From assembly GCA_907165135.1 (NCBI GenBank), contig OU015568.1:14508001-14572000 (forward strand): a stretch of DNA of 64,000 nt, written 5' to 3'. The stretch comes from Oikopleura dioica. Taxonomy: Eukaryota > Animalia > Chordata. The position numbers and the translations under genes are program-made. Within the stretch, counting starts at the first letter, position 1. Each line of letters starts with the position of its first letter. Below, one piece after another: positions 54,949-64,000 of the stretch. Below the pieces are notes generated by a model, which was not told the DNA's origin, did not search any database, and was given only the letters and a program-made list of their open reading frames with translations.

Positions 54949-55659
54949 TATTATTAATCAACGTCAATTTAGACAGCTAGAATCAGTCGAAAAACATGAG
55001 ATCGTAAAACGATAAGTTGTTCAATCTAACGGTCTGAAATTTACCTCGAATATCTTGATCTTCCCATGCGAGTACTCTCTCAATAGCCAAGATCTTTTTC
55101 TTCTTATTTATTCAGAACAGCATCACTCGCAAAAATCTCTTTGTTTTTTTTTCAGGCGCCGTAATCGTAACTTTTCGTTGTTCTCTTTATTTTGCTCGTT
55201 TTTTTTCGTTTACTACGTCGCCGTCTCAAGGCCGTTCTTGGGCGTTTGAAAAGCACACACGTGACTCATCGACCGTTTTGTGATTCAAGGAAGAAACAGA
55301 AAAAAAGAAGCTGAAAGGGCGACAGAGCGAATCCTTTCTCTCAATAATTGGGCTTAATTTTTGCCGTGTTCTTGATAATCACCCAACCTGAAATCAAGCG
55401 AAAAAAGGGATGATGATTGAGCTTGAAATTGACATGCCTTCGAGATACAATTTTTTTTAAATTTCTTTTCTAGTATTTTTATTTGACCTAGATCGTAGAT
55501 TTTACGGAAAGAAAGATTTTTCAGCTAGGAAAAAAACAGAAATCTTAGTCGATGCAGAAATTAGCTGAAGTGACGAACACAACCGGAAAGTAGTCTTGAG
55601 CTCCTTGGTCGGCAAAAACATGAGTTGAAGCGAGATTTTCATCGGAATCTAAAAAACTA

Positions 55660-57782
55660 ATCGAGAATCTGGTACATCAATAATTGATTTACCAAGCTTT
55701 ATTTTTTGAATTGGCGACTCGAATCCGTACATAAAACCGGGAAAGGCGAACATTGTATCTTCGACCAGGACAACTGACGCAGAAGTTACAGCCTGAAGAT
55801 CATAGGAATATTGTTTGCGACCAAACAAAATAATCTTACCTTAGAAAGATGGCCCATGAAAACCCACTCGTTATTCTTCAATCGCCAAAGTTCGTCCAAT
55901 CGTTTGTTTGTCTTTTCGTCCAGTCCTCCGATAGTCCACAACGCTCCCGAAGGTAGACCGACTGCGGGGACAAATTTGAACCACCTAAAATGGTAGCGCA
56001 TTTAGATTTTCGTTGGTTTCTTACCTTGGATGTGGCGTAAGGAAAATCCAGCCTTTGTCTGTGAGAGTCTCAACCGCACCATCAGCGTAGTACCCTCCAA
56101 CCACCGTGGGAAGACCATTGTAAAAGCTCAACCCAGCGTAGTAATGCCCCAGTTTTGTTTCATGCGTTTTCGCTACATTTAGCCCATCAAAATCCTCGCA
56201 ACCTGTTTTCTTGTAATAATCGAAACAAACAATTGCTTAAAATTAGTCTTTATTTAATTTTCCTTCTTTCTCACTCTACCTCTACTGCCGTTTTTGATCG
56301 AAAGAGCGGCATGACCATAACGATGATTTTCGATCAAACGAGCAGATATTTCAGTGAATGAACAGCCGTCCAGTCGAGCAATCTACAAAGAAAAGTTGCT
56401 TATTTTATTCCGAAGGATTATTACCTTATAATTGTCTTGAATTCCTCCGAAAATATGCAGCTGATCATTAACAAGCGCATAAGTGCAGAAGTCAATGTAA
56501 TATCCAAGTGTCCCGTCGGAGACCGTTTTTGTCGACTGCGAAGGAGTAATCTTCAGCACATTTGTAGATCCATCTCCGTAGAGAGCAAATGGCGTTTTGT
56601 AGACAAGCTCAGGGTAAATCACATTGATTTGGCTTGGAGGATTCACGAAAAAGAAAACGTTTCTGATTTCTGTTTGCTCGTCGAATTTCAATACTTTTGT
56701 TCGTTTGTCGCTAGTTTTGCCAAGTTCCCTCATCTTATTCGATGCAATAATTTCTTTCTTTTGCCATAATTGAAATGAATGAGAAGAATCTTCTTCAAGA
56801 ATAAATTTCAATTCAAGCGTCATCCATGTCAACTGGTCCAGGGATCCTTGAGCATTAATTTGTTCGCCGAAGAAATCTGATTTCAATGAAATCGAGGCAT
56901 TTTTCAAGAGATTCAGCTCAATAATCGTCGTTTCATCGTAATATTTAAACGCAAGAATTTTTGAGGGAGAGTTCTCTGTACCCGCTTTCTTATTCGAGAA
57001 TCACGAAAATTTACAATAACTGATATAAATTGAATTTCATGAGACTGTCCTTCATGTCAAGTGTTAATTTTCTTGGTCGACTAAAATCCATTTGAAAAGA
57101 AGAAATGTGATCAAACTCGTCAAGTGAAAGAAAGGAGGAATCAGGAACGATTGCCAAAGGATACGGAGCTACCAAACTACTTGCTTCATAAAGGGCTCTT
57201 CAATTCTTGCAGTAAAATTTTTAGAAAGAAACACTAGTAGTTGAGAGCCTCGGCTGATCGAGGAAACATCGGCTGCGAAGCAGAGTTTTTGGCAAAGCCA
57301 GGAAAAACATCCTCGTGGAAATGAAAAAAGGGATTGCTCGTTACAAGCATTTTCTTACGCGCTTGTTGTTGGCGAAAGTCGATCTCGATTAAATCTTCTC
57401 GGGTTGAATAAATCCATTTTTTTCGCTCGATTACAAGTTATTCATCCTTTCCTAAGTCAAAGTAAATTTCAAAAGTCGCGTCGAAAACAAGACTCTGATG
57501 ATAAATCCTGTCATTATTGACCATTGCATTTATAAAGTATTCGCACTCGTCGTTGTTAGTTCCGAACTGGTTTGTGTACGCGAGGTCTGTTGGTGCAATT
57601 AAACCAGAGATGCAAAAAGATTCCTGCTCGTACTTGATCAATGAGCCCATCCATTCGCTTCCGAGAGTCAAGAACTTTCCCTCTTTCTCAAGCAGCAATG
57701 AGTACTGAGTGTTTGACAATGTAATGCTTCTGGTAACAAGAACGAGTAAAAGCTGCCCAAGATCGATCTTTATTCGGTTCAT
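55660..57782 (-). CDS. Kelch-like beta-propeller protein (multi-exon, boundaries approximate)
   Basis: ALVNDQLHIFGG, YNGLPTVVGGY, GALWTIGGLD..ELWRLKNNEWVFMGHL. Confidence 0.55.
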
Positions 57783-57890
57783 GAAAATAATCTCTATTTT
57801 CGAGCGTCAGACAAAAAGGTTCTTGAACCATTAAGGAGGTAGATATCAAGAATCGCCATTTTCCGTCAGACTTTTCTCCCAAAGTTAAAA

Positions 57891-58163
57891 TAGTAACACC
57901 CTTATTTTCTTTGGAAACAAAAACTTAAGACCTTTCTCTATTTCCCATGGAAGCCAAAAATTCGAATTTCAAAGAAATTTTCAACAAAATTTTTCGTCAA
58001 AGATTGCTAACTTTCCTAAAATGGCCATTTTGGCGACAATCGGAGGTGCCAGAATTTGCATTGTAGCACCCCGAAAGCTCCAGAAATCGAAATTTTCGGC
58101 TTCCATAGGAAAGAGATAATTGCCTGAAATAAATTTTGAGCAGAAAAAATAAGGGGGTCACTA
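57891..58163. mobile_element. Short MITE-like element
   Basis: 18-bp inverted repeat with 2 mismatches: TAGTAACACCCTTATTTT and AAAATAAGGGGGTCACTA. Confidence 0.5.
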
Positions 58164-58549
58164 AGTTAAAAATTTGAGAAAACACTGACAGGAAATCCGA
58201 TTCTTGATGTCTACCCCCTTAACAAAGGAACAACATGCACCGGCTCCAAATCTCTGAACTCAATCGGCAGGGCGATTTCGTCCTTGCGCCATCCTTTTTC
58301 TAGCTCTTCGCTTTTTCTTATTTGATTCAAGGCAATCGTCCTTGATATCTTTATCCAACCGTCGCCGAGTCGCATGCTCATTAGATAAAAAATGCCGCGA
58401 AAGCTGATTGAAGATGTTTTTGCGTTAAAATGATTGCTTGCGATGTATCCTCAATTTTATTCAACTAAAAAGAGCGAAAAAAAGAACGTACCCTGCGCTG
58501 TTTCAAATCGATTCAAATTGTAGTCGGGAGCGTAATAATAACACTTGTC

Positions 58550-60040
58550 ATTTCTTTTTAGAGGAGAGCTTCAGCTGGTCAAAAAATGATCGAAAAACTG
58601 CTTTCAAGAATCTTGACTCAAGAAATTTTTTGACCAAAAACAAATAACGACGACAGGGAAGATGTTTTTGCCCTGGTCTTTTCTTCGTATTTCGATCGAG
58701 TGCGTTGAAATAGAAGATCCGTAATGAAAAATGAAGAGCCCCGTGCTTAATTTTAGTTTCTTGTAAAAATACGGGACGAAATTGACGAAACCTTTTGAAA
58801 TTTCTGCTTTGAATGAAAAACGAAGACTCTGACCCGGTTTCTGCGAGTTTCATGAGATTGCCCATTGCATCGACCAAGTAGTGGGCGCCGTTCAGAAAAG
58901 TAGAACCGATTGACTTTTGTGTCTTTTTTATTGAAAATTCATAAAAATATTCAATTATTTTTTCAAAAATCATTTAAAAAACGTTCATAAGAGAACAAAG
59001 AATCCGAGTTTTGTACTTTTACATCATTTGCGCTCTCAGTAAAGTCTGAAAGAATTATCGAAAACCTTTTCTTTTCCTCGTCGGAAGAAAACGAGTTTGT
59101 TTCGTTTTCAGACAATTCACTCGACGAGAAATTCGAGGCTTCGCCTGCCAGATCGAAAACGGGAATCAATTTTTGACGAGAGTCCAGCTTTTCACACTCG
59201 TAAAAAGGACAAGGACATCCGGACGTGCAGTATTTTTCTCCTGGGCAAACTTCCCCGGCAGCGTCAGATGATCGAGTAAGCTCAAAGCAAATTGACTCAC
59301 AAGGCGAGATCGCATTTTTCCTCCATGATTTCAAAACCAATGTTCGCGAACAAAGATGGCGACACACTTTTTGGTCGTAAAACTTCTTCTTTTTGCATCG
59401 GCGACGATTCACATTATTTTCATCCTTTGTGAATTCCATCGGCGATGTTTCGTTGCGGTCTATTTTCGAAACGGGCCCTGGAAGAATGAATTCCTGCGTT
59501 TCATGACATTGCTTCATAAGGTGCCCGCAGTAGTCCATACTGGGCTCGGCAACCGGGAACGGTCGGTTACAATACCAAAGCTTTTTTTGTATTCCAATAC
59601 CAAAATTTGGTATTCCAATACCAAATTTTTTAGACAATTTGGATTTTTTGCCCGAGAAATTATTAAAAACACTTCTAAAATATTGTATAATACAGGCGCG
59701 AAGCGCACACCCGACTTTTAATTTTGAAAAATTGGCATTTTCTGCCGACTTTGGTATTGGAATACCAAAATTGGTATTGGAATACCAATTGGTATTGTAA
59801 CCGACCGTTTCCCCTCGGCAACCTGTCTTTTGACTTGACTCAGGCCCTGAGTCTCAGGGTCCTGATTTCATCGACCATTCTTCGAGGAAAGTATGATCAC
59901 CCTGAATCAGGGTCCCTGATGTCCAAAGATAAGATGCAAGTCAAGAACAAGTTGCCGAGCCCAGGTTCCATCGTTTCAATCTGCACGCATTTCTTATAGT
60001 TTCGATGACAAGTTGATGTCAGAAAAGTTGTCACGCCCCG
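58550..60040 (-). CDS. Cys-rich protein exons (CTSGCPCPFYEC motif) followed by possible kelch-like repeats; boundaries approximate
   Basis: ORF 58963..59637 has CESIC..CPGEKYCTSGCPCPFYEC; the downstream exon has IGSTFLNGAHYLV. Confidence 0.45.
59555..59813. mobile_element. Mutator-like MITE with a 9-10-bp target-site duplication
   Basis: TIR GGGAACGGTCGGTTACAATACCAA; CTCGGCAACC at 59545-59554 and 59814-59823; internal TTGGTATT/AATACCAA repeats. Confidence 0.85.
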
Positions 60041-61006
60041 TGATCTCTCCAAAGAATGAAAATTAGCTTAAAACTTTATGTCACTGACTAAAATTAATCA
60101 AAAAGGTACTTAGAAGAATGATAATGAGCCAGAAAAGAGAACCCCCTCCAAGATAAGCCTGTAATTGGGGGATCGTTGAAAACCCATGGCTTGCTATGGT
60201 CGACCCTTTTTCTTGTATGTTTTCTTCTTTAGATGGCGTTTTTGAGTGTGGATGCTGCGGGTTGAAAGAACTTCTTCAGGAAACAGATATACTTTTGATC
60301 GTTTCTGTCTCAAAACACCAATGCAGTGGCAATCGAGACACTGATTATCATAAATTTTCCCCTACTCTTTTCATCCGAAAAATACCTTTATTTTAGTATT
60401 CCATATTTCCCCTTCATCCGATTGAATTTCATCTTCGATACCCATCCCGACTGGTCTCTTGAAGAAAAGTGTATCTTGAAAAGATAAACCTAAGAGTTAT
60501 TTTCTGGGTAAACTTCTCCAATAGTTTCGTGGCGCCCCTCGTAACCTTGCCAATTTTAACATTTGACATTCAACTCGATGTCAGAGTACCGTCACTTTTG
60601 ATAGAATGTTTCTCACTCGAAAAAGATGAAGTTTGAAATCCGGTTTTTTCCAGAAACCACACATAAGTTCATGGACCGTAGAAAAATGATGATTATTATG
60701 AATTAAATTTTAGTCTCTAGTTTTTGTTTCTTAAACACTTCTGCGTAATAGAGCAAAAGACGTTAAAGTTCAAACTGTCGTATTGCGACTGACAGCGTTG
60801 AATAGGTCAGTTTTCAGAAAAAAAGCCTAATTATGGCCTTCGTTTCTTTAAAATAAGTAGTAAATATCTTGTCAGCAGGAAGAAGAAACCTGATTTTTAT
60901 CGTTCAAATTGTTTCCTTTGGGAAACAAAATTTACTTGCAGCTAGTTTAACAAATACGTATAAAATTTGTTCAGCAAAGTCATAGAGAAAATTGATTATT
61001 GCTGAG

Positions 61007-64000
61007 ATGATATTTTTCTATTTCTTGTTAGTTTTTAACAGAGTTGAAGGAAGCTGCAATTTGTTCAACGTGGAGTGCCAAGAAACAGGAGCATTTCTTA
61101 CTTTGGTAAAAACGGAATAAGAGATAAGTCTGTGAATATTTTTAAAGGATCTCGCTTGTCATAATTCAAGCGCTAGTGGGATCAACGGTGATCTGCAGGA
61201 TCTGTTTTTGGTTGCTGATGAGAGCAACGGAACGGTTTCAAATGACTGTGCTCTCTCCACCCTTCAGCTTCTGGAATACTCAAAATGCTTTGGAAACTTT
61301 AATGATGATTTTTCAGGTTGAAAAATTCCCATATTTCGACGTTATCTTGATATCTGTCTAGCAAATTACACCGCGTACGTGGTTGAATCTATTTCCGTCG
61401 AACAAACTGATTTGATATCCAAGCGAATCGAAGACATCTTCTGTGAACCAAGACTGTCCATCAGAATGGAAAGGGTTGCGCGATCATTGGAAATCCCGAG
61501 CTTTTACGGGAAAACGTCTTTTTCTGCTCCAGATGTACCGATTCAGCTTGAAGGTAGTTTTTTTCAGTAAGCTTTCATTTTACTAAGGTAACATAAAGGG
61601 GGAGAAAAACTCGGCTCATACATCGAAGCGTCAATCAAAAACGAAACTGATGATGGTCTTTTCAGGAGGGATCGGAATTTTTGACTAAAAGTTTTTAAAG
61701 AACAGTTTTTCATCCATGATTTTCAGTAGAGAACTAGTCGACTGCAACGTCACTTCTGAGGCGACAACAGGAAGGGTTTGGAGGAGTGCTCTTTTAAGTG
61801 TGATACGCTCATCATAAATCCTTGAAAAAGTGGAAGTTCTCCAAAATGGCACGATAACAGATGATGGTCTGAAACTTGGAGGCATTTCCTTGTCCCCCGT
61901 CTCGTTTAAATTCAGGCGATTTTCAACGAAAATAAATCTTGCAACTGCTCTACATGTCGAGGAAACGTTGAAAAAATAGCATTACAAACAATGTCAAATA
62001 ATCAGCGAAAGTTAAACTCTGCAATAATTGTAATTGAAAAATATTTTTTTTAAACTCAAAAGTGCACAATTTTATGGAGAAGCATTCAAGATACATTAAC
62101 AACTACAACTACAACAACGACTTCGACAACGACAACAACTACAACAACGACTACAACAACGACTACAACAACGACTACGACAACGACTACAACTACAACT
62201 ACAACTACAACTACAACTACAACAACGACTACGACTACGACTACGACAACGACAACTACTACAACTAAAGCATGCGCAAGTGATCCATGCTCTGGAATCA
62301 ATAACTGTCAGACCATCGTTAATGGCTGCGAAATAAGTCCTGTTAGAAATAATCTAATTGCGACTGTGGGCGCCGCTTATAACTACAAATTCTCAGCTGA
62401 AGTATATTGTGATCACAGTATGCCACTTGATAGCTGGAAGCAAATAATTCACGTCACTGGTGGCAGCGACGAAGGCTCTGCTGGGGATCGAACATTTGCT
62501 CTGTGGCGAGAATGGAATCAGAATGGGATTCATATCGCTGTCAATGACCCAAACGGTCATTTGTATGCAAAATCCAATTTTGCTTCATGTAATGATGGCT
62601 CTTGGAATACCTACTCCGTTGAAGTCAGACAAGTTGAGGGCTCACCCTCGACACTGAAATATGTAGTCAGCGTTGACGGTACTCAAATCGATCAAGGCAC
62701 TTATGATTCAAGCGGAGCATTAACTACAGGCAATCTGCAAGTTTTTATCTCTGATGATTGGTACGACCCTGCAACCGCTTTCTTGACCCGTAATTTCTTG
62801 TATCAAACTTTTGATGATTTACCAATGTGCGCTACTGATCCATGCGAAGGTCTTGCGACCTGTCAAACAATTATTAACGGCTGCGACATAGCGCCCATCA
62901 AGAACACTCAGCTCGCCACTGTCAGTGCTGCGCTCAACTATAAGGTATCAGCAGATGTTCTCTGCAATAACACCGCTGGTGATACTGAATGGAGGAACAT
63001 TATTCTTTTGACAAGTGACGCAGTCTCTGAACATCACAATGCTGGCAACCGACAATTTGCATTATTCGATACACCGACGGATGGTCAAATACAGATCAAT
63101 GCTAATGATGCAAGTGGATATTTAAACCGGGCGAATCTTTATCCAAGCTGCACCAATGGTCAATGGAACACATATTCAGTCGAAGTAAGACAACTTGAAA
63201 ATTGTTCATCGACACTGCGATACGTAGTAAGCATTGATGGTACTCAGATCGCCGAAGGCACTTACGAAGCGAGCGCAGCTTACAGCACAGGAAATCTTCA
63301 TGCCATGGTATCTGATGGTTTCCACGAGTCTGCATCTCAAACTAGCGTTAGAAATTTCTTCTATCAAACCTTCGAAGACATAACCGCGACTGATCCATGT
63401 GATGGTCAAACAAACTGTGTCACTATCGTCAATAGTTGCGCAGTAGCACCCGTTCTTAATACTCAAGTGGCGACTGTAACTGCGGCTTTGAATTACAAGA
63501 CCTCGGCTGAAATTTACTGTGATCACAGCATGGCACTGGACGGATTTTATAAAAATATTCTGCACATCACTGGTGGTAATAGTAATGGTAATCCAGGCAT
63601 GGGGAACAAATATCCACAGCCAAAGGATGGTAGAAAAAGATTTAGTTTGTACCCCTTTACGAGGCGATAGAACATTTGCCCTTACGCGTAATCCGAACGA
63701 TCATGGTTTACATTTTGCTGTCAATGATGGAAATGGTGATTCTAATGAGAAAGTCAACTACGTATATTGCACCCATGGAACTTGGAGCAACTATTCTGTT
63801 GAAGTCGGAGAAGTTTCAGGCTCTCCATCAACGCTCAAATATGTTGTCAGCGTTGACGGAGCCCAAATCGACGAGGGCACGTACGACCAAAGCGGAGCGT
63901 TGAGTACCGGCAATCTTCAAGTATTTATGTCTAGTAGTTGGAGTCCATCTGCTACGGCCTTCTTAGTTCGTAATTTCTTTTACCAAACGTTTCCCCCCAT
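61007..64000 (+). CDS. Secreted modular protein: N-terminal Cys domain (ZP-like, tentative), Thr stalk, and tandem ~185-aa lectin/LamG-like repeats; runs off the window
   Basis: Signal peptide MIFFYFLLVFNRVEG, poly-Thr tract, and three repeats with DPC..NC.TIVN.C, GDRTFAL, W.TYSVEVR, YVVSVDG, TGNL.V, RNF.YQTF. Joining the 5' exons to the repeats is inferred. Confidence 0.65.
62098..62267 (+). repeat. ACA/ACT/ACG trinucleotide-type repeat encoding poly-Thr
   Basis: In frame with ORF 62366..63670. Confidence 0.9.

Overview
Gene-dense animal genomic DNA with very short introns, operon-like spacing and GC-AG/GA-AG introns. These traits point to a larvacean tunicate such as Oikopleura (inference). 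Recognisable genes in order: FoxI (+); a GPI-type mucin/laminin-EGF/EGF protein (-); STK11/LKB1 (-); a cluster of three inverted-repeat elements; a minus-strand operon-like run SON, SELENOS (Sec UGA plus SECIS), CHCHD2 and WDR82; a plus-strand run of an L7Ae-like gene, GGT7-like, ALG12 and TIMM22; a young 3.9-kb LTR element with no gag/pol that carries two convergent cargo genes, one antisense and intron-containing; a truncated SLC43-like gene; SLC2A13; two tandem MET/RON-like receptor kinases with an unrecognised ectodomain flanking a multi-Ly6/uPAR-like GPI protein; two tandem sulfatases; a DnaJ C-terminal-domain gene; a pogo-like remnant; kelch-like genes with nested MITEs; and the start of a secreted Thr-rich lectin-like repeat protein. 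The best leads are the LTR cargo system, two copy-specific GC-AG introns that look made by mini-transposon insertion, and the RTK-LU-RTK cassette. Several conserved genes have 1-bp deletions in homopolymer runs, probably assembly errors. All exon models were derived by hand; no database searches were run.
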